Below are positions 34,346 through 43,905 of a stretch of 64,000 nucleotides of DNA, in pieces. Both the position numbers and the translations under genes were made by a program. Each line of letters starts with the position of its first letter. Position 1 is the first letter of the stretch. The DNA comes from Blastocladiella emersonii ATCC 22665. Its lineage: Eukaryota; Fungi; Blastocladiomycota. Below the pieces are notes generated by a model that was given only the letters and a program-made list of their open reading frames with translations, was not told the origin of the DNA and did not search any database. Location of the stretch: assembly GCA_025594325.1 (NCBI GenBank), contig JANHCV010000015.1, positions 496,001 through 560,000 on the forward strand, read 5' to 3'.

Positions 34346-35560
34346 ATGTCGCTCGAGTCTCTTGCCTCCCAGGTCGCCGTTGCCCTTGTTCAGCATGTCG
34401 CCGCGGTTGTAGTGCAGCAAGTTGTGGACAAGCTCCAGTCCGTGTTTGGGTCGATCGACAAGCGCTTCAAGGACTTGGACAAGCGCTTCAAGGACTTGGA
34501 CAAGTGCTACAAGGACTTGGTTGAGCGCTTCAAGGACTTGGAGGCGCGACTCAAGACCGTCAAGTCACACGACCCAGACCACGGCGCTGATCAGCAAGTC
34601 ACTCCCATGGAAGTCGACACCCCGGAGCCGCCCCAAGTCAAGTTTGCCGAGCTGACCAAGGAGGCCATCGAGGCATGTGTCAACGCGCCCGTGGTGAACA
34701 AGAACGGGGAGCAGGCCGAGCTGGACGACACGGACAAGGCCAAGATGGCTCGTGTGCTCCTTGCATTTGCCAAGTCGGGCATGGATATCCACAACGTTGA
34801 TGCCGTGTCCAAGGCCGTGGCCACGTACCGCGCGACCAAGGGGTCCAAGAACGTCCAGGGACTGCAGGTTGAGACGCTCAAGGCCCTTGCCAAGTACTGT
34901 ACGTGGAACGGGTGGACCGAGCTTGGGGCCAAGTACACAGAGGCCAAGAAGCGGGACGCTGACGCCAGCGTGGACGTGCGCAAGGAGCTTGAGTCGGGCG
35001 CCCTTCCAAGCCGTGCCGTTCTGCTGGCCGCTGCGGTTGCTGCCGAAAAGTGGGACAAGCTCGAGTGCACGGGCACCATGCGCTACCTGCGTCTCTACCT
35101 CCAAGTCGTGTGCGCGACCCGCTCCGACCTCGCGTTCCTGACCACGGCCGCGAGCGACAAGTACCCGTTCTACGATCCCGCGACCAAGACGCTGGCTGGC
35201 CCTGTGTGCGTCAAGACTGAGGGTCGTGGCTACGAGTTCTCGCACGTCATTGCCGACCCCAACGTGGCAGCCGCTCTGGAGCGGGTCATGGCCAAGCGCA
35301 AGGAAGACGGCTACGAGCTGCTGTTCTTTGACTACGCGATCAAGGACCTCGAGGACGCCAAGGTGAACGCAGCCATTCGCAAGGACTGGTCCAAGACGAT
35401 CGGCCTTGCTACCAAGAAGCTCAAGTTTGACGGGTGCGGCGTGCAGCAGATCCGTCGCATTGCCACAAGTGAGAACGCAGCAGCGTACGCGGCCATCACT
35501 CAGCGCGCCAACGAGATGGGTCACAGCGTGCCCGTCGCTGTCAAGAACTACATGGTGTAA
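34346..35560 (+). CDS. Tyrosine recombinase-family protein with N-terminal coiled coil (404 aa)
   Basis: Catalytic-type series R (ATRSD), K (VKT), QQIRR, and MGHSVPVAVKNY with H..Y spacing of 9 as in Xer/Int; DKRFKDL heptads x4 (34457-34540). Confidence 0.75.
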   Translation: MSLESLASQVAVALVQHVAAVVVQQVVDKLQSVFGSIDKRFKDLDKRFKDLDKCYKDLVERFKDLEARLKTVKSHDPDHGADQQVTPMEVDTPEPPQVKFAELTKEAIEACVNAPVVNKNGEQAELDDTDKAKMARVLLAFAKSGMDIHNVDAVSKAVATYRATKGSKNVQGLQVETLKALAKYCTWNGWTELGAKYTEAKKRDADASVDVRKELESGALPSRAVLLAAAVAAEKWDKLECTGTMRYLRLYLQVVCATRSDLAFLTTAASDKYPFYDPATKTLAGPVCVKTEGRGYEFSHVIADPNVAAALERVMAKRKEDGYELLFFDYAIKDLEDAKVNAAIRKDWSKTIGLATKKLKFDGCGVQQIRRIATSENAAAYAAITQRANEMGHSVPVAVKNYMV

Positions 35561-35580
35561 CTTTTGTTGTCTTGATTTAA
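35561..35580 (+). promoter_or_regulatory. PLV upstream motif before integrase (CTTTTGTTG..TTTAA-ATG)
   Basis: Whole 20-bp spacer. Confidence 0.6.
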
Positions 35581-36693
35581 ATGTATCCGCACGAAGAGCC
35601 TTTGACTGCTGAACAGACCGAGTACTTGAAAGACTTGTACTACAAACGCGGCCACGTCGGGGTCGGGATCCGCCGGCTCTTTGACATTGTTGACCGCGAG
35701 CACACAGGGAAGCACATTTACCGCGCCCAGCTCGAGCGGTGGCTCAACGACCAGTCCGTGTGGCAGCAGTACAAGCGCGCACCACAGAAGCGGCGAGACA
35801 TTCGAAGCATCAGCTCAACCAGTCCAGGACGCAACTTCCAGCTTGACCTCATTGACATGGGCGAAAACGGTACGTACAACGGCTTCAGGTACATTCTTAC
35901 GTGTGTCGATCTGGCGAGTCGGCGCGTCTACCTACGCCCAGTCAAGACCAAGGACAAGACGCGAGAAGCATGGTCCAGCGTGGTCGCCAAGCACAGCCTT
36001 GTACCTGCCACGATCCAGACCGACAATGGCACCGAGTTCTTTGGCATTGAGGCCGGGACCGACGTCAAGCACATCAAGGGCAAGGCAGGAGTGCCATACG
36101 GTCAAGGTGTTGTTGAGCGTATGAACGGGACGGTGCGCCGGATGCTGACGCCGTGGCTGTCCATTGCTGGCAACAACGACTGGCCCAAGCACCTCGAGAC
36201 CATTGAATCTGTGATCAACAGCAGCAAGTCGAGGGCCACGGGCAGGGCGCCAAACGAGTTCCATGACATGCCACAAGAAGCGGCCAAGCAAGAGCTCAAG
36301 GAGATCCGAGCTGCCAAGGGCAAGCCCGAGGGCGACCCTCTGAGCGCGTTGTTGAAGGTAGGGGCCCAGGTCCGAGTCCGCGAGCCGTACAAGACTGCCA
36401 TGGAGGCCAAGGGGAAGCCGGTCTGGTCGCCAACTGTGAGCCAGGTCCAGGTCGTGCGCAAGGGGTCGGGCGTGAGCAATCCGAGCTACAAGGTCCAAGG
36501 CCTCAAGGGCTTCTACCCTCGAAGCGACGTCCAGCCAGTCACAGCGACCCAGGACCCGCCAACAAGGCAGCGCATGCCCCCGCGTCTTCCAAGGCTCCCT
36601 GTTGCGCGCACCCCAGTCACGCCAAGGGAGCCCTTGACCCGGGTCAGGCGCGTCCCAGTCCGAGTCCAAGAAAAGTGGGACCGCGGGCTTTAG
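35581..36693 (+). CDS. Polinton/Maverick-type retroviral-like (rve) integrase (370 aa)
   Basis: DDE triad FQLDLID / QTDNGTEF / GVVERMNGT; C-terminal LKVGAQVRV..WSPTV..SYKV segment typical of Polinton integrases. Confidence 0.92.
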   Translation: MYPHEEPLTAEQTEYLKDLYYKRGHVGVGIRRLFDIVDREHTGKHIYRAQLERWLNDQSVWQQYKRAPQKRRDIRSISSTSPGRNFQLDLIDMGENGTYNGFRYILTCVDLASRRVYLRPVKTKDKTREAWSSVVAKHSLVPATIQTDNGTEFFGIEAGTDVKHIKGKAGVPYGQGVVERMNGTVRRMLTPWLSIAGNNDWPKHLETIESVINSSKSRATGRAPNEFHDMPQEAAKQELKEIRAAKGKPEGDPLSALLKVGAQVRVREPYKTAMEAKGKPVWSPTVSQVQVVRKGSGVSNPSYKVQGLKGFYPRSDVQPVTATQDPPTRQRMPPRLPRLPVARTPVTPREPLTRVRRVPVRVQEKWDRGL

Positions 36694-38633
36694 AGCATGG
36701 TCCAGTGGCTCTGAATGATGACCTGGCAGTCGTTGGCAACTGCGACCGATGGGATCCAGATGAAAGAGTAGCTCTTGGCCACGTCAAGGTACTCAATGCT
36801 CGAGAACTGAAGGAACTGGACGTTGCCTTCAGCGCGGCACCCAGTGACAAGCGACACTGCAATCATGTCTGTCATGTTGTACAGCGCAAAGTTCACAGTG
36901 TGGGATCCAGGGAGCGCGCCGTTTGCGTAGTAGCCCTTTGCATGGACAAGGTAGTAGCCACTGACAGGGGGTTTGACGCATCCATTGATCACGGACGTGA
37001 ACGCGCCCGCCGTGGACTGGAACGCAAAGGTGGCCGGACCTGTCGACGCTGTGCCGCCAATGATCTTGCCGCCCGTGGTCACTCCGTTTGTGGAGCGGTG
37101 CTCGGCCTGAGCAACGTACCGGGTCGTGCCAGACTGCGAGTCGACGTACGCCTTGTTTGCCGCGTCGGTGCCTGCCACGGGAGCGAGGTCAAGGGTGAGC
37201 TGCCCTGTAAACCGACCAGTGCCATTGACGCGGAGCTTTTCTGTGCCAAGCGTTGCCGAGCCCACGACCACGTTGCCGCCACCTGCCACGAGGGAGACCC
37301 CGCCCGTGGTCGCAGACGCAATCTCAATGTTACCCGCCGCTGTGCATGCCAGGTTGCTTCGCAGTACGCCTGCCTGCTTAAAGTCGACGTACGTCAATGT
37401 ATTGGCAGCCGAGTCAAAGACAAGGTTTGCGCTTGTGGCATTCCGGACCAGGACGTTGGGCACAGTCAGTTGCTTGCCAACTCCAAGACCACCAGCAATG
37501 GTGACTGCTCCAGTGCTTGACGTCGAGCTGTCCGTCGTATTCGCAAAGGCAAAGGCAGCGCCGAGCCCAAGGGTGGACTGGGGGAGCGTGCCAGTGACCG
37601 AGGCCGCGCTCACGGCCATGACCTTGGCCGAGACGTCGGGGAGTCGTGCCAGGTCAATGGTCCCTGCAAGCTTGGCCGAGTCAATGCCAGATGCCAGCTT
37701 GGCGTTGGTCAGGGCCCCGTCGGCGATGCGGGCAGGGTCGAGGGTCCCAGTGAGTTTGACTGCCGACACATCCGTGACCTTGGCGTCTGTGACTGAGCCT
37801 GCTGCCAGCTGGACCGTTCCAATGGACCCAACGTTGAGCTTGGCCCCGTCAATGCCAGTTGCCAGCTTGGCGTTGGTCACGGCCGCGTCTGCCAGGACCG
37901 AGGTGCCGACTGTGCCGGCTGCCAGCTTGGACCCATCAATGCCAGTTGCCAGTTTGGCGTTGGATACGGCTGCGTCTGCCAGGGCTCCCGTCCCAATAGT
38001 CCCTGCAACAAGCTTGGACCCAGACACGGACGCGACCTTGGCATCCGTGACTGCCAGGTCAATGAGAGCTGCCGTGCCGACTGTGCCTGCCACGAGCTTG
38101 GACCCGGACACGGACGCGACCTTGGCATCAGTCACTGCGCTGTCTGCCAGGACCGAGGTCCCGACTGTGCCTGCCACAAGCTTGGACCCAGACACGGACG
38201 CGACCTTGGCATCAGTCACTGAGCCGTCTGCCAGGACCGAGGTCCCAACGGCTGGGAGGTTGGACGCACTGAGCACGCCCACGACCTTGGACGCAGACAC
38301 AGTGTCCAGCTGAGCATCAACGAGCTTGCCTGTGACCTGCCCTGCTGTAATGGTCGCGACCTTGTCGGCCGTGACGCTGGCCGGGAGCAGCTGTGCCGTG
38401 CCAACCGACTTGACAAAGAGCCCTGCTGCGCCCACGCCAAGGGTCTGGTTGTCGACCTTGGCCGAGACAGTGGTCCCTGAGACTGCCACGCCAGGGCCAG
38501 CAACAGGTGCACCGACTGTGGCATACACGGTACTGATGGCCGCGTCGACGTATGCCTTGGACACGTCCGGGACCCCTGTGGCAGACATGGTCGGAGACGC
38601 AGTACTTGAGACGTTAAAGATATTCTTGACCAT
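36690..38633 (-). CDS. Putative fibre/spike protein (~647 aa)
   Basis: ~26-aa LADxAVTxAKxA..GSKL repeats, SSSTGAVTIAGGLGVG, two KAYVD motifs, C-terminal beta-rich (C1q-like) head; stop overlaps the integrase stop. Confidence 0.7.
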   Translation of the reverse strand: MVKNIFNVSSTASPTMSATGVPDVSKAYVDAAISTVYATVGAPVAGPGVAVSGTTVSAKVDNQTLGVGAAGLFVKSVGTAQLLPASVTADKVATITAGQVTGKLVDAQLDTVSASKVVGVLSASNLPAVGTSVLADGSVTDAKVASVSGSKLVAGTVGTSVLADSAVTDAKVASVSGSKLVAGTVGTAALIDLAVTDAKVASVSGSKLVAGTIGTGALADAAVSNAKLATGIDGSKLAAGTVGTSVLADAAVTNAKLATGIDGAKLNVGSIGTVQLAAGSVTDAKVTDVSAVKLTGTLDPARIADGALTNAKLASGIDSAKLAGTIDLARLPDVSAKVMAVSAASVTGTLPQSTLGLGAAFAFANTTDSSTSSTGAVTIAGGLGVGKQLTVPNVLVRNATSANLVFDSAANTLTYVDFKQAGVLRSNLACTAAGNIEIASATTGGVSLVAGGGNVVVGSATLGTEKLRVNGTGRFTGQLTLDLAPVAGTDAANKAYVDSQSGTTRYVAQAEHRSTNGVTTGGKIIGGTASTGPATFAFQSTAGAFTSVINGCVKPPVSGYYLVHAKGYYANGALPGSHTVNFALYNMTDMIAVSLVTGCRAEGNVQFLQFSSIEYLDVAKSYSFIWIPSVAVANDCQVIIQSHWTML

Positions 38634-38653
38634 GTTTAACATAGGCAAACAGA

Positions 38654-38905
38654 ATGATTTCCAGCGACCATGACCTGAGCCTGGACGAGTGGCGGGAGCA
38701 CCTCGCCGGGACCATGCCTGTGCCAAGCAGCTGGTACAGCAAGAGCGATGAGGACAAGGCCAAGTGGCTACGGAAGCGCGACCGCAAGGCCAACCGGTAC
38801 ACGCACGTCGACAACGAGGCAGCGCGGGCTGAGCGGGTCAAGATCCGGATCTACAAGGCACTCAACGCCAAGCGCCGGGACCAGGGGGCAAAAAGCACCG
38901 TCTGA
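38654..38905 (+). CDS. Small basic PLV protein (83 aa)
   Basis: Lys/Arg-rich ORF with viral codon usage; lacks the upstream motif. Confidence 0.5.
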   Translation: MISSDHDLSLDEWREHLAGTMPVPSSWYSKSDEDKAKWLRKRDRKANRYTHVDNEAARAERVKIRIYKALNAKRRDQGAKSTV

Positions 38906-38966
38906 GGGACAAAAAGCACCTGCCACGGGGAAAAAGGTACCTGCCACGGGGAAAAAGGGTACCAAC
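38884..38966 (+). repeat. ~21-bp tandem repeat x4 (GGGGAAAAAGGTACCTGCCAC-like)
   Basis: Read directly. Confidence 0.85.
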
Positions 38967-39004
38967 AGGGGGACGTTTTATTTTCGGTCCATACAGTAAC
39001 CATC

Positions 39005-40720
39005 ATGGGCCAAAGAACAGTACCAGAGCTACTCGCAAGAGTGACCAAGGCAACCGGCGGGCGCATCACGGCAGAGCGCCTTGTAGGGCAGAAGATCAAG
39101 GCGACCATTGACGGCCGCGAGTACACGTTCCCCAATGCCAAAGAGCTCCTCGACGTCTGGGTGCCGTACATCCTTGCCTTTGACTACAAGGTGACGCCCG
39201 AGAGCTATGCCAACGACTTTGACTGCAAACGAGGCAACTCGCTGTTCTACCTCAAGCACCAGGACGGCGTCACTGGGTACGAGGTCAAGGACCTCCAGGA
39301 GCACGTCCAAGACACGATTAAAGCGTGGGAGGAGCTCGAGGCAACGGGCAAAGTCACTCGAGTCCCAGTCGCTCCACCAGCGGCAAGTCCCGGACCAGAG
39401 CCCCCCGAGTCGGCCACGGACAGCGACAGGGGTAGCAGCGAAGAGGAACGCGACGAGCTGGCAGAAGAGATCTCGCGAGCCCTGGACGTCATTGACGAGG
39501 ACGCTGTACCAGACCACTTGCTCCCCGTGCCCATCCGGCCAGTCATGCCCGAGCAGTACCCGGTCGAGGCCGGCGACTACGTTGGCCAAGACATTGACGA
39601 GTACGGCGCCATGATCCCTGGCCGGTACCTGATCCAGAACGACAATGACGGCGGCAACGACCTCCCGCCACGACTTGACGACGGCACACGCGACATTGTG
39701 GTCATGCCACCAAGCTACGGCCCCAACGTGGCACAGCGGCCGAGCGTGTACAACAAGGGCCACGTCCACCCGGCCATGGATGAGGCACGCATGATCGAGG
39801 GCTCCAAGGACTTGCAGGTCTACAACCCCGAGCGGGCGCTGACGACCACGGATGACATGGAAGTTGACGTCGTCCAGAACTTTCAACAGTTCAACCAGTT
39901 CGTCTACAACAGCTACACGCAGCAGGACACCCAGAACATTGACATGCGGCAGTTCATCACCCAGTACGAGAACAACTACTACGAGCAGAACGTGGACATG
40001 CGGCAGCAGATCCTGGTCCAGTACAACAATGACCCAAACGTCATGGCCGCGCTCGAGCTCATTGCATCGCAGTTTGCTGGGTCCCAGGTCATGCAGTACC
40101 AGGCGTACCAGGCGCTCATTGATCAGACGGCGGCCGCTCAGGGACTGGCCATGGACTCGTTTGCCAACCTCACGTCCAGGATCGTGGACACGCTCCGAGC
40201 TGAACGCAACGACTTTGTCCGCCAGATCGACGCTGGCAACCGCGCGCTCGTCTCTGAGATTGCCACGGGCATGTCCTCAGCGCTCAGCAACCAGCAGGTG
40301 CTCATGAACCAGCTTGCAAGCGGCGTCCAGGGCGCGATCCAGGGGCAGACCCAGAGCAACGAGGCCATGACCAAGACGCTCCAAGACCTTGGGTCCAAGC
40401 TGGACACTATTCCTGCACCCCAAGTCGTTGTCCAGCCTGCTGACACGAGCAGCCTCGAGGCCATGATCAGGGAGCTCGCCGCGCAAAACAATTCTGGCAG
40501 TAGTTCTAAGAAGACTGACATGCTCCTCGAACAGATCCTCAAGCAACTGGGCTACAAGAAGCCGACCGACGCGAAGCTGTTCACAGACAAGCGAGCAGCG
40601 GGTAGCGGGCTGACGGCACCCAAGATCCAGCGTCACCAGAAGATCCCTGAGCGGCCTGTCAAGCAGGTCCGCGAGACCCCAAAGCGCAGCGGCATTGTCT
40701 TTGACCTTGGCTGGGACTGA
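39005..40720 (+). CDS. Unknown PLV protein with Gln/Asn-rich coiled-coil region (571 aa)
   Basis: Long intact ORF directly upstream of the morphogenesis genes. Confidence 0.75.
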   Translation: MGQRTVPELLARVTKATGGRITAERLVGQKIKATIDGREYTFPNAKELLDVWVPYILAFDYKVTPESYANDFDCKRGNSLFYLKHQDGVTGYEVKDLQEHVQDTIKAWEELEATGKVTRVPVAPPAASPGPEPPESATDSDRGSSEEERDELAEEISRALDVIDEDAVPDHLLPVPIRPVMPEQYPVEAGDYVGQDIDEYGAMIPGRYLIQNDNDGGNDLPPRLDDGTRDIVVMPPSYGPNVAQRPSVYNKGHVHPAMDEARMIEGSKDLQVYNPERALTTTDDMEVDVVQNFQQFNQFVYNSYTQQDTQNIDMRQFITQYENNYYEQNVDMRQQILVQYNNDPNVMAALELIASQFAGSQVMQYQAYQALIDQTAAAQGLAMDSFANLTSRIVDTLRAERNDFVRQIDAGNRALVSEIATGMSSALSNQQVLMNQLASGVQGAIQGQTQSNEAMTKTLQDLGSKLDTIPAPQVVVQPADTSSLEAMIRELAAQNNSGSSSKKTDMLLEQILKQLGYKKPTDAKLFTDKRAAGSGLTAPKIQRHQKIPERPVKQVRETPKRSGIVFDLGWD

Positions 40721-40724
40721 CGCC

Positions 40725-40746
40725 CTTTTTTGTTGCTCCAAGTTAA
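40725..40746 (+). promoter_or_regulatory. PLV upstream motif before ATPase (CTTTTTTGTTG..GTTAA-ATG)
   Basis: Read directly. Confidence 0.6.
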
Positions 40747-41544
40747 ATGTACGACATTGTTGCCATTGATAACGGCTTTACACGCAACGACGACGGCGAG
40801 CCGCTGCCAATCCCCAAGCACCCGTTCACCATGAACGTCATTGGTGCCAAGGGTCAGGGCAAGTCGACGCTGATCGCGAACATGGTCTGCTTCCCGCACT
40901 TTTACAAGGGCCAGTTTGACAACATCTGGGTGTTCAACCCGACGTTCCACGCCGACGACAAGTACGAATACATTGCCAGTCAACCAATCCTGCGACCGCC
41001 CAAGAAGGAGCGCAACGTGCTGGACCCCCAGGAGCGCGACCCGGACCGGCTCAAGATCAAGCCAAACTGCATCGTCACGGACCCCGAGCAGTTCATCCCG
41101 ACCCTGCTCAAGATGCGCCAGGACCTGACCAAGACATTTGAAGAGTCTGGCAAGAAGGCGCTCCAGGACCAGCTGCTGATCATTGACGACGTGCTTGGGC
41201 TCAAGCTGCTGAGCCACAGAACGCTGACCAACTTTCTGTGCAACTCGCGGCACTTGAAGATCAGCTGCATCATTGGCGTCCAGCGGTGGTGTGCCCTGCC
41301 CAAGACTCTGCGCATCAATTGCAGCTACAGCGTCGTCTACCCAATCTATGACAAGACCGAGGTCCAGACGCTGCACAAGGAGATTGGGTTGCAGTTTGAC
41401 CTCAAAGAGTTTGAGGCCATCATTGAACAGCTCTTTGACACGCGTACTGGCAACACAAAGCGACGCTTCCTGGGCGTCAACAACCAGAACCCGCCCAAGT
41501 ACCGGCTTGTAGACAGCTTCAGCGAGTGGATCGTGAAGCAGTAG
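40747..41544 (+). CDS. A32-like (FtsK/HerA) genome-packaging ATPase (265 aa)
   Basis: Walker A IGAKGQGKS, Walker B LIIDD, SRHLKIS..VQ..LPKTLRIN typical of A32 ATPases. Confidence 0.92.
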   Translation: MYDIVAIDNGFTRNDDGEPLPIPKHPFTMNVIGAKGQGKSTLIANMVCFPHFYKGQFDNIWVFNPTFHADDKYEYIASQPILRPPKKERNVLDPQERDPDRLKIKPNCIVTDPEQFIPTLLKMRQDLTKTFEESGKKALQDQLLIIDDVLGLKLLSHRTLTNFLCNSRHLKISCIIGVQRWCALPKTLRINCSYSVVYPIYDKTEVQTLHKEIGLQFDLKEFEAIIEQLFDTRTGNTKRRFLGVNNQNPPKYRLVDSFSEWIVKQ

Positions 41545-41552
41545 ACTCTTGA

Positions 41553-41584
41553 CTTTTTTTTGTTGCCGAGTCCTAAACTAAACC
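41553..41584 (+). promoter_or_regulatory. PLV upstream motif before MCP (CT8GTTG..TAAACTAAACC-ATG)
   Basis: Read directly. Confidence 0.6.
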
Positions 41585-42805
41585 ATGTCAAGCACCGTTG
41601 CCCAGTTCTCGCAGGTCCTGTCCAAGACGCTCCCTCCCGAGATGTCGTTCAACCTGCCCAAGGAGTCTGTCTATGCCGAGCGTCAGACTGTCCAGTTCAC
41701 AGCCCAGAGTGGCCCCGAGTACATTCCTGGCAACACGGTTCGCATCCACCTCCCGCCAAACGATTACATGATGGACACGCACTGCACGTTCCTGCAGTTC
41801 AGCGCCAAGACCACCGACGCAAACGTTGCGTTTGCTGAAGGCATCTACAGTGTCATTGAGCGCGTGCGCATCACCAGCGCTGGCTCAAACCTGCTTGAGG
41901 ATCTTCCATACTACAATCTGCGTCAGCGCATTGAGGCTGGCGTGACTGTCCCGCAGTATCTCAAGGATTCATGCCTCGGCGTGGCTCAGGGCTACTATGC
42001 GTCTGGCGCTGACAAGTTTGCTGTCTCGTCCGGGCTGCACCGGTACATGATCCCTATCAAGTCGGCCCTGCTGTCGAACCAGAAGCACCTGCCCATCAAG
42101 TACACAGGCGGGCTGGTCGTCGAGATCACTCTTGCGCCTGGCATTGATGCCTGCGTGGTCAAGAACGGCGCTGTTCCAGGCTACTCAGTCAGGGACATGT
42201 GCATTGTGTCCGACGTGATCAAGCTCAACGACCAGCAGATCGCAGTAATGGACGCCGCCTTCAAGAAGCAGGGCCTGAAGCTCTTTGGAACGACGTACAC
42301 TCACCACTTCTTGAACTACTCGGTGCCCAACTCGACGCTGAACATCTGCGACCGCTCTGCCTCGCAAAAGGACATCCTGCTGTTGTTCCGCGACAATGCT
42401 GTGCTCAACGACCACTCCAAGGACTCGTTCCTTCGCGCCAAGACCATCTCAACGTACCAGTTCAACGTGGCTGGCCAACTCTTCCCTCAGAAACCCATCC
42501 GCTGTGACGACTACGCGTCCGAGGCGTTTGTTGAGCTGACCAATGCCTTCCATGGCCACGTCATTGGCGCAGGCATGATGGTCGACAAGTACAACGCGCC
42601 ATCCGAGGGTACCTTTGTCCTCGGCCGTGACCTGGAGTCGAGTCGCACTGTGGTGAGCGGCGACAAGTTGTGCAAGTCGCGGGCCGTGGACATGCAGGTC
42701 ATTGTTACCTCGAACGTGGCCCCGAACCAGCGCGTGGACGCCTTCATTGGCATTGACGTGGTCTACGAGTTCCTGCCAACTGGCGAGATCAACATCTACA
42801 AGTAA
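41585..42805 (+). CDS. Double jelly-roll major capsid protein, PLV type (406 aa)
   Basis: YIPGNTVRIHLP..MDTHCTFLQF..GIYSVIERVRI..LLEDLPYYN pattern of PLV MCPs; position between ATPase and penton. Confidence 0.85.
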   Translation: MSSTVAQFSQVLSKTLPPEMSFNLPKESVYAERQTVQFTAQSGPEYIPGNTVRIHLPPNDYMMDTHCTFLQFSAKTTDANVAFAEGIYSVIERVRITSAGSNLLEDLPYYNLRQRIEAGVTVPQYLKDSCLGVAQGYYASGADKFAVSSGLHRYMIPIKSALLSNQKHLPIKYTGGLVVEITLAPGIDACVVKNGAVPGYSVRDMCIVSDVIKLNDQQIAVMDAAFKKQGLKLFGTTYTHHFLNYSVPNSTLNICDRSASQKDILLLFRDNAVLNDHSKDSFLRAKTISTYQFNVAGQLFPQKPIRCDDYASEAFVELTNAFHGHVIGAGMMVDKYNAPSEGTFVLGRDLESSRTVVSGDKLCKSRAVDMQVIVTSNVAPNQRVDAFIGIDVVYEFLPTGEINIYK

Positions 42806-42845
42806 CGCCTGTCCTTTCTTTTCTTGCGTAGAGTTAAACCCCGCC

Positions 42846-43112
42846 ATGATCTTCCGCAACCTATGGACCAACTTTAGCAACGTGCTTGGCCAGGTCGGGT
42901 CCTTTGTCAACAAACACATGCCGACCGTCCTCAAAGGCGTCAAGACCGTGTCCAAGTTCTTTGAGCGGTCGCACAACCCCGCTGTGAGCTCCATTGCGCA
43001 GATGGTGACCAAGGGCGCTGACCTCGCCCAAGACATTCACACCTGGTACAACCGACCAACGAGCGAGATCTTTGAGGCAGACGCTGACGACACGGGGACA
43101 GCTGTACAATAA
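42846..43112 (+). CDS. Small amphipathic protein, adenovirus pVI-like (88 aa)
   Basis: MIFRNLWTNFSNVLGQVGSFVNKHM amphipathic N-terminus; lies between MCP and mCP; upstream TTAAAC motif. Confidence 0.65.
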   Translation: MIFRNLWTNFSNVLGQVGSFVNKHMPTVLKGVKTVSKFFERSHNPAVSSIAQMVTKGADLAQDIHTWYNRPTSEIFEADADDTGTAVQ

Positions 43113-43130
43113 ATTGTTGTCTTTGTTTAA

Positions 43131-43874
43131 ATGTCCGAGTACAAGACGCTAACCATCTGCAGCCGCGACCTCAAGAACGGTGTCCTGTTCCTCCCGCAGC
43201 CCCTGTCCGTGCGCGGCGTCAAGGTCAACTCGGCGTACCTCTGCAACAGCTGGCACATGGTCAACTCCAAGGCCAACAAAGTGTACCTGACGCAGAGTCG
43301 TGGCGCGCTGACGTTCCCTGGCACCATCACAGTCCCTGATGGCAACTACACGGTTGATACATTCATGGCCACGCTCAAGAGCCTGCTCAACAACGCGCCC
43401 TCGACGTACCTCTGGCAGGGCACCTGGGACGTCCAGGTCGACTCGACTACCCAGAAGATGCGCCTGGCCAACGACACGGTCGACTTTACAATTGGAACAG
43501 GGACGGCGTCGCTGAACGTCCACATGGGTTTTGTTGGAGCGTATGGCTACAGCAAGGTCCAGTACGGGTCGGCGCTGGTCAACATCTCGCCCATCAACCT
43601 GCTTCACGTCTATTCGCGCAACCTTGGCACCCGGCTCGCGGACAACATGTACAGTGCGTACCCACAAGGCAACGGCGTGCTGTGTAGCATCCACGTCACG
43701 CAACCCTTTGGCAGCTGGTTCGAGCATCGACCGCACATGGGTGACTACTTTCGCTTTGACGCGCAGGGACAGGCCCAGCAGATTGACTGCATTGATATTG
43801 ACGTGGTAGACGAGAACCTGCGCTCGGTCGACTTTCTTGGCCAGCCCTTCTACGTCGAGCTCGCGTTCATCTGA
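43131..43874 (+). CDS. Minor capsid (penton) protein, single jelly-roll (247 aa)
   Basis: ITVPDGNYT..LKSLL, HMGF, C-terminal IDCIDIDVVDENLRSVDFLG..VELAF typical of Polinton/PLV mCP. Confidence 0.85.
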   Translation: MSEYKTLTICSRDLKNGVLFLPQPLSVRGVKVNSAYLCNSWHMVNSKANKVYLTQSRGALTFPGTITVPDGNYTVDTFMATLKSLLNNAPSTYLWQGTWDVQVDSTTQKMRLANDTVDFTIGTGTASLNVHMGFVGAYGYSKVQYGSALVNISPINLLHVYSRNLGTRLADNMYSAYPQGNGVLCSIHVTQPFGSWFEHRPHMGDYFRFDAQGQAQQIDCIDIDVVDENLRSVDFLGQPFYVELAFI

Positions 43875-43905
43875 CGTTGACTTTAATTGTTGTCGTACTG
43901 TAAAC

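Noticed and set aside
34322-43905. Viral upstream motif as splice acceptors (adenovirus-like leader splicing)
   Set aside because: An AG after the T-run is present in only some instances and there is no upstream CTRAC branch point; kept as a lesser alternative, testable by long-read cDNA
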